NCBI GenBank assembly: GCA_013239625.1
Contig: MU056050.1
Coordinates: forward strand, 6,085,366 to 6,149,365
DNA length: 64,000 nucleotides
Source of the DNA: Lama guanicoe
Lineage: Eukaryota
Direction of reading: 5' to 3'
The translations under genes and the position numbers were made by a program. Shown piece after piece: positions 26,156 through 37,609 of this stretch. The notes beneath the pieces were generated by a model, which was not told the origin of the DNA, did not search any database, and saw only the letters and a program-made list of their open reading frames with translations. Positions within the stretch are counted from its first letter, which is position 1; every line of letters begins with the position of its first letter.

Positions 26156-27258
26156 CCCTCCCAAAATAAATAATTATTTTTATTACCAAATTAAAACACA
26201 TTTCACAATTGGTGTTGTATACTGTGCATGAGAACACTCGGCAGAGACTGTAGGTGCCATAAATGCTCAGTGAAGACAGAGATTACCATGGAATGAAGTA
26301 GTTCCCAAGTGCCCTTATGGAGGCAAAGGGAAAAAGACTTCTTGAAAATGGGTTGGAAGGCTGTAGATAGGCCTTGGGGAGTAAGCTGGGGAGAATACAC
26401 ATGAGGTGAGCAGGAAGCGGTGAGGATGCAGACCTGAGGTGGAAGATCTGCATCTGGGAGCAAAAAAAGACAGGTTGGATGGATAAGGGAGGACCAGTTT
26501 ATGGCAGGCCACAAAATCAGGTCGAAGCACTCAGTTGATCCTAAAGGCAACAGGGAGCTATTGTAGAGACTCAGGCAAAATCCTGCAGAAAAGGGGTGTA
26601 TGTGTTTATGTATGAATGTAAAAGAGGTGGGGTGAGAAAGATGAGCAGGATTTCCCTTTTTTATAGACCTTTTCTAAAGGGGTGGTAACCGAAGCCTGGC
26701 ATTTTAAAACCATTTTGTGAGGCTTCATACATTTTAATTAATGTTAAACTGATTTATACCCTGAGGGATTATACATAAATGGTACAATCAAATAAAATAA
26801 AGGAAGACACATGTGCACAAGTTTGCATGTGTCTATTCATATTTATAGACAAACTCTTCAACTGCATTTGACTGTGCTACTTTTAGGAGTACCAGGTTCC
26901 ACTCACACCCCAGTCTTCCTGGCTTCAGTCAGGAAGGCAGAATTAACAACACACGACAATTTGGGGGGTTGATTGCCCATCACTTGATCTAAAACAACTT
27001 GAACAGTATAAAAAAGTGCTTCTCTAAGAAGAAAAGGGAGATTAGTCACATAGCCCCTTTGCTGCCCACCCACCCCCCACCCCATTGTGTTTTCAACTGT
27101 AGGCTGTATTTATTTTTTTCCATCCTAAAATCAAGTTGCTTAAAAGCTTGCCATACATCTTATTGCCATCACTTGCATTTCCCCTTTGGGAAGGAAGGAA
27201 ACAGGACTTTCCTCACCCCATAACAGAGAAATAGAGAAAATGTTATTCAGGAGGAAGC

Positions 27259-27290
27259 GTGTGTGTGTGTGTGTGTGTGGGTGTGTGTGT
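27259..27290. repeat. (GT)n microsatellite
   Basis: seen directly. Confidence 0.95.
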
Positions 27291-27459
27291 TGGCGTGGCG
27301 GGGGCAGTAAGGTACAGGGTTGGTTTTCTAACATCATGACCCTACCCAGCTCTAACTACACACAGACCACCTACATTCTGCTGGGGCAGGTGGCTGAAAC
27401 ACTCGACCCTGAGTGCAGGAGAAGAATTAGAAGCATCAAAGAAAGAAGTCTTTGAATTT

Positions 27460-27612
27460 ATAAAGCATTTTATGCTTTATATCTTTTATCCCATTTGATC
27501 TTCATCCTACACATGCATGATAGAAAGGTCAGGGATTGTTTTCTCCTTCATTTGATAAAGGAAGAAACTGAGATAAAGAAAGCTTGAGTGACTTGCCTAA
27601 AATCTCAGACAG
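27460..27612 (-). mobile_element. MIR SINE
   Basis: ccatttgatcttcat...gaagaaactgaga...gtgacttgcctaa. Confidence 0.7.
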
Positions 27613-27624
27613 GCCATACATATA

Positions 27625-28048
27625 CTTTCAAAACAACGCTATTGAGATATAATTCACTACTATAAAATTCACCACTTTAAAGTGTATACTTCAATGTTTT
27701 TTAGTATATTCACAAAGCTGTGCCAGCCTCACTGCTATCTAATTCTGAAATATTTTATCATCTTGAAAAGACACCTCATACCCATTAGCAGTCACTCTCT
27801 ACCTCCCGCTTCTTCTCAGGCCCTGGGAAATAATGACTTTACTCTCTGTTTCTATTGATTTGCATATCCTGGACATTTCATATAAATGGAATCATACAAT
27901 GTGTGGCTTTTTGTGTCAGATGTCTTCCACTTAACATAATGTTTCAAGATTCAACCATGTTCTAGAATATGTCATGTTGTTCTATACCGAAATCATATTC
28001 TACTGTATACGTATAACACATTTTTTTATCCATACATCAGTTGATGGA
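27625..28048 (-). mobile_element. L1MB-type 3'UTR
   Basis: attgagatataattcac...cccattagcagtcactc...ggacatttcatataaatggaatcatacaatgtgtgg. Confidence 0.88.
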
Positions 28049-28141
28049 AAACACACTTCTCAAAGATCCTGACCCTGCATAGGACCTGACTTCAGATTCT
28101 AGGTGCAGAGAAGATACCTTTAAGACAGACAGAAACGCATC

Positions 28142-28562
28142 TGTGATGGTTAATTTTATGTGTCAACTTGACTGGGTCAAGTGGCACCCAGATTAAATAT
28201 TTTTTCTAAGTGGGTCTATGAGGATGTTCCAGGTAAGATTGCCTTTAGTATCAGTGGACTCACTAAAGAAGATCGCCCTCCTCAGTATGGGTGGACATCA
28301 TCTCATCTGTTGAGGGCCTGAATAGAACAAAAAGGTCTGGGAAGGAGGAATTCACCCCTTTTGCTTCCTGCCGGCCTGCTAAACTGGGACATCAGTCTTC
28401 CTCTGCCCTTGGACTGGGATCTATACCATTGACTCTCCTGGGTCTCAGGCCTTCAGACTCAGGCTAGAATTATACCACCATCTTTCCTGGGTGTCCAACT
28501 TGCAGATGGCAGATCGTGGAACTTCTCAGCCTCCATTACTGGGTGAGCCAATTCCTCATAAT
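28142..28562 (+). mobile_element. ERVL LTR (MLT2 family)
   Basis: tgtgatggttaattttatgtgtcaacttgactggg start; ttgagggcctgaatagaacaaaaagg. Confidence 0.9.
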
Positions 28563-29032
28563 AGTAAGGATACACCAGATCCTATTAGTTCATATCAAAT
28601 ATTGATATATGAATATATCATATATTTTGAAAAGATTAAAACCATCAGATCCAAAAATAGAACCACCACCTACTTCAACTGAGCCTAGTAGGAATCTCTA
28701 TGGCCAAACACACACTGAAAAGATGAAAATGGAATGACTGAAGTAAAGCATCTCCTGAGATGCAAATGACTCGAAGGAAGCTTCTAAAGTTCATTTTGTT
28801 GTCTAGGAAGCGTTGGGAAAACAAAGGGAAAAATATGGTGTAAGAAAATCAAATCCCTATAGCGAGAGTTTCATTTAATGAAATGAATTCCTGAATATGT
28901 CACAAGTAAACTGAACTGAAAAGCAAACTCGACCTTCTTCACTTAACTCTCCCTGATGTTTTCTCTTCATTTTAGATGAAATGTCCATGGACATTTGGCT
29001 CTAACATTTTTTTTCTAAAGTTCCGCTGTCCC

Positions 29033-29085
29033 ACACCAGAAACTACCACAACATTATAAATCAACTATACTTCAATAAAAAAAAC
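29033..29085 (+). mobile_element. 53-bp L1 extreme 3' end
   Basis: acaccagaaact...cttcaataaaaaaaa flanked by 16-bp TSD aaagtt(cc/tt)gctgtccc. Confidence 0.88.
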
Positions 29086-31344
29086 AAAGTTTTGCTGTCC
29101 CCTTTGGTCTTTTTCTCAAGTACTTTTGCTCTAACAACATCCCATGTGTGGAGGAAGCTCTACATGTATAAGTGCCCAGCACTGAATCCTCTGGTCAATG
29201 AAACCATCATTTTATCATGGGAATAATCTTTCTCTAATTTGTACGTCTCCTTGGGTTGGATTAGTAGAGTATAGTTTCTTAAAGGAAGACCTATCTGAGT
29301 GAGTGTAAAACTGAAACAAGAGCATGGGGTCCTGAAAGCAAAGGGTGTCCTTTTGAATCACCCTACCCGAACAGATAGGTGGACTAGAAGTAGGAATCCA
29401 CATTCATGAGTTTTCTTTCCCCATTCCAACAAGTCCTTGCTGATCCTATGTCCCGTTACTCAGGATCCTAGTCTCTGTCACAGGAAATAAGAAATGATGG
29501 ATTGGATAATCAGATTAAACTAACCACTAATGACGCATGGTATATTTTTCTGTGACATAAATTTTTCACCCAGTTTAAATACTTATTTCCTTGGCACAAG
29601 CCTTGGGGTGGGATATGTAGGATGCAAAACTGATGATGGGGATCTCCTCAGGCAGACTGATGAAGGAAAGTCCTTTAGCTTGAAAAGAACTCTGAATTCC
29701 CTTGACATCACCCATCAATTCTACCTAATGTATAAAGCCAACCTTGATCACAGATTGCAGTGTTCCCCAAATTCAGCCATCTGTATCCACCTTCGCAATT
29801 CTTTCCATACGTGAATTAATTGCCAGTACTATGATTTTCCATGCATTATGTATCAGCAGTACTATTATCTACTGAATATTTTCTTTAAATTAGTTTTTAT
29901 TCAAACATCTACTTTGGTCTCATTCTATGCTGTCACATCTATAAAATGATGGGTCTTTGTCCTAGTCATATGAAGTCTTTTCAGTAGTACACAGATGAAC
30001 ATTTTTATTTCAATATTTATGGATCTATTGTAAAAAATCTATAATATTCGAAATAATCCCCCAAATCCAAATAAAAATCTTCATCTGTGTTCTACCTAAA
30101 AGAATTTAGTATATTACTAGTGGCACATATTCCACACTTTGGGATACTCTAAACTAGACTGGTCCCATCATTTTGAAGATCATGAGATTTCATTAAAGAT
30201 AGATATGCAAATGCCAAAAGTGTATACAGTTCAGAAAGATCTTAAAGGCTGTTTCTTCCATGCCCAGCATCAGCAAGAGAGATACTGTACAACCTGGCCC
30301 TGATATTCTACAGCAAAATGTCAGCAATGATGGACCAGGCTTCTCTGAAGGCTCTGGAGCCCCTGACTGCTGAGGGTTAGTCAAGCGTGCCCAGTGTCAG
30401 ACTCAAACTCTGGCTCATATAATAAAGTTTACATTAAAAGTCAAGGTTTTGATGAATGTCACACTTGGAAGCCAATTAAATGGGTTGAAAGGAAGACACA
30501 ATTTCCCATTGTCTAATTGACTTGCAGCTCCTTCAAGGTAATAAATTTGTCACATTGAATTATTAATGAGAAACGAATATTTGACTTGCTGCCTTGAATA
30601 GAAAATAGTTCATTATCGGGTAGCATTGTTCCTGCCAAATAATGAGTCTGGCATTAGAAGAGTTTGGGACAATGTGACTGAAAATTGTATTTTTTATCAT
30701 CACTGTATTTCCCATACCATAAACCTCTTAAAAATAAAATCTTATGATCATTTCAATGATCAGAAATGGTACCTTTTATTTGGAGCTTAATTTGGCATTA
30801 ATTTTCACTGTTGTAGACTTTAAGGTTTCTCCAATATTTTCAAACACTCAAACATATGCTTATACTTGGGAAGAGGAGTTCCCCAGACCTAATTATTATT
30901 TTTTCAACATTTTCTTTTAATCAAGTCCCTGGTTTACTTTTTACACCTCCTAAGCTATACTATCCATGAAATCATGGGGTTGATACAGGAGTTAGAATGT
31001 TTTTCAACTACGTATCAAATTGAAGATGTGACTATTAAAATATTAAGCATCACCCTGTACACGTATAACTACCACCTGTGCACTTTGGGTGACATTGCAC
31101 ATACCACATTTTTTTAAACACTACATTAAAAAAACATGTATTAAAGTGGATTCCTGAGAAAATAAGGGAGAAAGAAAGTCTATAATCTAGAAAATCAAAA
31201 TTTCAAAACATATTCTTTTGGAGGAAGAGACTCAAGACCTATTTCATTTGTTAAACAACTTTTTTTATTAAGAACTCCACTACTACCACCCCACTCCATT
31301 CCGCCAAAGCCTGTTTTCTGTTTTTTTAAAGCTGTGCATATTCT

Positions 31345-31570
31345 TCCTTCTTAAAGCCTTCCCTGACTCCCCCGATCAGTTCCGATCTTGTTTTCCTCTG
31401 AAATACCATAATACTGTGTACTCCTTTTAAGGTCCTTCTCATATTCTGACATCAGCTATAGTAATTGTTTGCCTTGAGACTACCCCTCTCATTAGACATT
31501 GTATCCTCTGAAGTGGCTAACACATTACTTTGAGCACAATAGGTGCTCAATAAATCTTCTTTGAAAGTGA
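31345..31570 (+). mobile_element. L2 3' fragment
   Basis: aagccttccctgactccc...taggtgctcaataaat. Confidence 0.7.
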
Positions 31571-33097
31571 ATGGCAAAAACCAGGTTACTTTACCAAGTC
31601 TAGCTAACCTCATGAACTTTCTTTTATTGGAAATCTTGCATAGCCATTATCTGAACACCAAGTCTGTGTCCAGACATAGATAATGATGATGAAGGTATAG
31701 GAGATTTGGGTGAACATAGAGCGATGCTGTGCATCTTGTGTTGGGTGCCGACAGTCTCATTTCAACTTCTAAGTGACAGTGTGTAGCTTTTTGCAATGCT
31801 CTTTCCATAAGCCTGCCTCCTGGGACAACATATCTTATTGGATGGATTCAGCAAGTAGCAATTAGGTTTTTTTTTTTTAACATAGACCACATTTCTTGAT
31901 CACGTCTGTGCTGTATTCATTATGCTCACTCCCTCGACATCGATAAGTCAATTTTAAAGAGCATCCGATGCTTTACAGGGTATTATGGAAAAGCCTCTTT
32001 CTGAGTAATGCAGTTTTTCTCATCGTCCCTGATTATGTACAGCTCTTCAATAGAAAATAGGGTATCATATTTTCTGAAGATTTGTTCCTCTTAGCATCCC
32101 TCAACCCTATCTCCTAAACCTAAGGTCCAAAACTAGAAGAAAATAATGTGTATCTAGGATAATCAGGCCCAGATATAATTTAAGTATTTTGAAATATGCA
32201 TCATCAGGAGAGCTATTTTGTGCCCCTTTTCCTGCCTTGGCAAAGGACTAATACAAGGGTAATATGTAATGAATATCATTTGTTGTACAAGCAGACACAT
32301 CATACCCATGCGAGCAGACAGGCAGTGAGTGCCAAGATGACATGTATTCTACCCCAAGGAAAGTACAAGAGGAGTTCTGGAATTGGTGTCTGCATACAAG
32401 GCTGCAGAAGGCCACTTACCCAGATGCGCATGTCCACTAAGATTTTTCCCTTTATAGGCACTAATGGATTATTTTCCCCCCGCTGATTTATGTATTTATT
32501 TATTTTAGTAAAGGATTTGAGATACATTTTAATTAAAGATATGACAGGAGAGAGACAGAGAAACATGAACAACTAAAGCCAGACTAATGAAGTCAAAGTT
32601 TTGTAATAAACAGATATTTGTAAAATATAAATATAATTAATTAATATGACTATATAACATGATTAATGATAGGTACAACAGTTGTGTAAAAAAATTGTTC
32701 TGTGCTTCCTGGCAGCCAATGCAAGAGTGGTGTGGAGGAATTATGGAACACTCTTTACCTAATAACAAGGAAAATCAGATGAAGTAACTTTGTCCTAGCA
32801 CTGAATTCTAAGAATTTTTTGGATGAATTATTTTATAGAAAAAAATTAACAGCATAATTTAATCTATCAAACCCTTACTTACCTAGGGGCCTGGAATCAA
32901 AAACAAGTAAGACTCAATCACAGACCTTGAAGTACTAACAGTAAAATTAGTACAGTATAAATGTAAATAAATGTATACATATTTATGTGTAGATATAAGT
33001 ATGATTGTGTACTTGAAGTAGTTCCTAAAGGAAGGATTCTGAAAAGCAATTCTCTTAGTGTTTATTTTTGGGTAGAGCCAGTGAGAGCCATTTAGCG

Positions 33098-33282
33098 CAA
33101 TGGTCCCCAAAGTGTGGTCTCCAAACCAGCAGTATCTGCATCACCAAGGACCTTGTTAGAAACGCAAAATGTAGGCGCCCACTCCAGACCTACTGAATCT
33201 GAAATTTGGAGACTGGGGCCCAGCAATATGTGTTTTAATAAGCCTTCCGGTTGATTCTGGTGCAAACGTTTGAGGACCACAG
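33098..33282. mobile_element. MER5A hAT MITE
   Basis: caatggtccccaaagtgtggtc...ccagacctactgaatc...tttgaggaccacag. Confidence 0.9.
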
Positions 33283-33932
33283 ACTTAGTAATATCAACCC
33301 CTAATCTTTATCACCCTCCTTGGGATCCACATATGAATTCTTTCTCCTGAGCAGGGGAAACATATTGCCTAGGTGTTCTGACATGTTTGGCTTTTCAATC
33401 CTTGCTCCTACTCCAGAATGCTTCCTAAAGCACAGGACAGAAACACATAGATATATTCTAAAATAAATTTTCCAGGGCCCACTCCATGCTTTACATGTAT
33501 CAAGACTTCAGAATTACCTGGGATAATAAATGCAATTGCAAAAGTAATTTGATCGCTTTTGAAGATAAAAGTATAGCTAGAGATCAAACAACATAAATGA
33601 TTCCAGCAGTAGTATAACAAATTTTGGGAATTTCTCTAGACTTTGAAATAAACTGCCAAACAAATTATTCTACCAGTGAGGACTACAGAAATAACAGTAA
33701 TCTCTCATATTTCATTCAACTTGAGACCATTTTTCCAGAAACCTCATTTATCTGCAATAAGGTGGAAATAAAAGGAAATAAGCAAAATAAAGCTAAATTA
33801 AATAACAAACAAAAAACAAGTTTCAAAGAAGCAAAAGTAGACATCACGATGTCTATGCTCTAATGTGGTTTAATTTACTCAAAGGGTAATTTATCAAGCT
33901 GATATTCAGATCCCATTTTTATTTTAGACATA

Positions 33933-34362
33933 GTTTTTTACCCCCAGCTTTACTGAGATATATTGACACATAGCATTATATAAGTTTAAAGTATACAATA
34001 TGTTGATTTGACATGTTTATAAACTGCAAAATGATTACCACTATAGAATTAGCTACCATCTCCATCCTCACGTAGTTACCTTTTTTTTTTGTAGTGAGAA
34101 TAGTTAAGGTTTACTCTCTTAGGGCCATTTAAGTATATAATACAGTATTACTAATTATAATCACCATGCCGTACCTTAGATCGCCAGACTTGTTCATCTG
34201 GTAACTGGAAGTTTATACCCTTTGACCAGTATCTCTCCATTACCCTCCCCAACCCTTGGTAATCACCACTCTACTCTGTTTCTCTGTCTTTTTTAGGTTC
34301 CACATATAAGTGATATCTTATGCTTTTGTCTGACTTGTTTCACTTAACATAATGCTCTCAAG
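33933..34362 (-). mobile_element. L1 3'UTR (L1MA9-like)
   Basis: cagctttactgagatata...aactggaagtttataccctttgacca...ttccacatataagtga. Confidence 0.88.
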
Positions 34363-34784
34363 ACATCGTTTTAATAAGCATGATTTAATGGGACTGTTTG
34401 GAGTTTATTGATTGACAGCAGCAAGAAATTCACCTGAAGGACAGAGAAGACCAGGGAGGAGGCAATAAACTCCCCAACACCAGCACCAGGGGATATGCCA
34501 TGTCTCCCAGCCATAAATACCATCCACCATGTATAAGTCTGTCAAATCACCAAAATTTTACCAGTCAGCTTGCTAACTGGCCTTAAGTTCCTTGCTTTTT
34601 CATCTTTTTAGTTTTAGTTTTTATTTTGTCTTCATAACAGCATTTTGAGGAACATTCAATTTATTTCTGCCTTAGTTGCCTACTGCTACAGCTGGAGAAT
34701 GAGAGGTGGAAAGAAAGAATGAAACTGAGGGTATAAGGAGAATGCATTCCTAGGAATATGCTGTTATATAAAAGGAAGTCTTAA

Positions 34785-34861
34785 TATTTTTTCAAGATTA
34801 TCTTAACATGGTTACATTCACAAGAATTCTTCATATTCAAGAGCATTGTCAAGAATGCATT
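34785..34861. repeat. degenerate 12-bp minisatellite (consensus CAAGAATATATT), left part
   Basis: units caagattatctt, caagagcattgt, caagaatgcatt. Confidence 0.6.
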
Positions 34862-35177
34862 CAGCAAATATATGAGTCTTGTTTTTGTATCCATTCAGCC
34901 AGTCTGTGTCTTTTGGTTGGAGCATTTAGTCCACTTACATTTAAGGTAACTATTGACATATATGTCCTTATTGCCATTTTGTTAATTGTTTTGGATTTGG
35001 TTATTAGGTCTTTTTCTTCATTTTCTTCTTTTGTTCTCTTGTGATTTGGTGACTCTCTTTAATGTTATGTTTGGATTCCTTTTTTGTGTGTATGTGTATA
35101 ACTATTATAGATTTTTGGTTTGCAATTATCATAAGGTTTTGTTTGGTATAACATTCTGTATATATATGTGATTGCTT
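34862..35177 (-). mobile_element. inverted L1 segment: inter-ORF region and ORF2 start
   Basis: minus strand encodes MAIRTYMSIVTLNVSGLNAPTKRHRLAEWIQKQDSYIC (APE endonuclease N-terminus). Confidence 0.9.
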
Positions 35178-37470
35178 AAAATTCAACATCCATTTATTGA
35201 TTAAAAAAACTCTCCAGAAAGTGGGCATAGAGGAAACATATCTCAACATAAAGGTCATATATGACAAACCCACAGCTAGCATCATACTCAGTAGTGAAAA
35301 GCTAAAAGCATTTTCTCTCAGATCAAGAACAAGAAAAGGATGCCCACTCTCACCACTTTTATTCAACATAGTTTTGGAAGTCCTAGCCACAGCAATAAAA
35401 AAGAAAGAAAAAGAAAAGGAATCCAGATTGGAAAAGAAGTAAAACTGTCACTGTTTGCAGATGACATGATACTATGCATAGAACCCTAAAGAGGCTACCA
35501 TCAATGAATTCAGTAAAGTTGCAGGATACAAAATTAATTACAGAAATCAGTTGTATTTCTATCCAATAACAATGAAATATCAGAATAATAAATTAAGGAA
35601 ACAATCTCATTTACCATCACATGAAAAAGAATAAAATTCCTAGGAATAAACCTACTTAAGGAGGGAAAGGACCTATACTCTGAAAACTATAAGATACTGA
35701 TGAAAGAAATTGAAGATGGCACAAACAGATGGAAATATATATAGTGTTCTTGGTTTAGAAGAATCAATATTCTTAAAATGGACATTCTACTCAATTCAAT
35801 ACACAGATTCAATGTAATTCCTATCAAATTACCAATGACATTTTTCACAGAACTGGAGCAAAAAAATAAATAAATAAAAATTTGTATGGAAACACAGAAG
35901 ACTCCGAATAGCCAGAACAATCTGGAAAAAGAAGAACAGAGCTGGAGGAATCACTCTTCCTGACTTGAGACTATACTACAAATCTACAGTAATCAAAACA
36001 GTATGGTATTGGCACAAAAATAGACACATAGGTCAATGGAACAGGACAGAAAGTCCAGATATAAACCCACACAATTATGGTCAATTAATCTATGACAAAG
36101 GAGGCAGGAATATACAATAGAGAAAAGACAGTCTCTTCAATAAGTGATGCTGGGAAAACTGGACAGCTACATGTGAAAGAATGGAATTAGAGCATTCTCT
36201 AACACCATATACAGAAACTCAAAATGGATTAAAGACCTAAATGTAAGACTGGATACTATAAAACACCTAGAGGAAAACATAGGCAGAACACTCTTTCACA
36301 TAAATGCAGCAATATTTTTTCAAACCAGCTCCTAGAGTAATGGAAATAAAAGCAGAAATAAACAAGTAGGACCTAGTTAAACTTAAAGCTTTTGCACAGC
36401 AAAGGAAACAATAAACAAAACAAAGAGACAACCTACAGAATAGGATAAACGATTTGCAAATGATGCAACTGACAAGGGACTAATTTCCAAAATATACAAA
36501 CAGCTAACACAGCTTAATATCAAAAAAACAAGGAACCCAATCAAAAAATGGGCAGAAGACCTAAATAGACATTTCTCCAAAGAAGACATCCAGATGGCCA
36601 ACAAAGCACATGGAAAGAGACTCAATACCACTGATTATTACAGAAATGCAACTCAAAAATACAATGAGGTATCACCTCACACCCGTCAGAATGGCCATTA
36701 TTCAAAAGTCTACAAATAATATATGCAGGAGAGGGTGTGGAGAAAAAGGAACCCTCCTACAATGTTGGTGGGAATGAAAATTGTTGCAGCCACTGTAGAG
36801 AAGAGTATGGAGGTTCCTTGAAAAACTAAAAATAGACTTACCATATGATCCAGCAATTCCACTCCTGGGCATATATTCAAAGAAAATTATAGTTCAAAAA
36901 GACACCTGTACCCCAATGTTCATAGCAGCACTATTTACAATAGCCAAAACATGGAAACAACCTAAATGTCCATCGACAGATGACTGGATAAAGAAGACGT
37001 GATATATTTACACAATGGAATATTACTCTGCCATAAGGAAGAATTAAATAATGCCATTTGCAGCAACATAGATGGACCTAGAGATTATCGTATTAAATGA
37101 AGTATGTCAGACAGAGAAAGACAAATATCATATGATATCACTTATATGTGGAATCTAAAATAATGATGCAAATCTTATTTACAAGCCAAAAATAGGATCA
37201 CAGACATAGAAAATAAAATGTTTACCAAAGGGGAAAGGGTTGGGGAGGGATAAATTAGGAGTTTGGGATTAACAGATACACATTACTATATATAAAATAG
37301 ATAAACCACAAGGAGCTACTGTACAGCACAGGGAACTATATTCAATTTCTTTTAATAATATAATGGAAAAGAATCTGAAAAAAATAGATACGTATGTATA
37401 CATATAACTGAATCACTTTGCAGTACACCTGAAACTAACATCGTAAATCAACTACATTTCAATAAACGAA
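35178..37470 (+). mobile_element. L1 ORF2 (RT to C-terminus, disrupted) plus 3'UTR
   Basis: aaaattcaacatccattt start, [17 protein letters not shown], ctgtttgcagatgacatg (FADD), 3'UTR ending ttcaataaa. Confidence 0.97.
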
Positions 37471-37608
37471 ATTCAAAAACATGTATTCAAAGGTATATTT
37501 AAGAAAATATTTTAAATATAGCCACTATATTCAAAGAGATATTGAAGAATATATTTAAGAGTTTAATCAAGAACATATTCAGAAGTATAGTCAAGGATAT
37601 ATTCAATA
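37470..37608. repeat. degenerate 12-bp minisatellite, right part
   Basis: units caaaggtatatt, taagaaaatatt, caaagagatatt, gaagaatatatt, caagaacatatt, cagaagtatagt, caaggatatatt. Confidence 0.75.
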
Positions 37609-37609
37609 T

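Noticed and set aside
31540..31560. Perfect 8-bp stem ttgagcac-aatag-gtgctcaa near 31530-31551
   Set aside because: Short and part of an L2 3' end; no further evidence of function.
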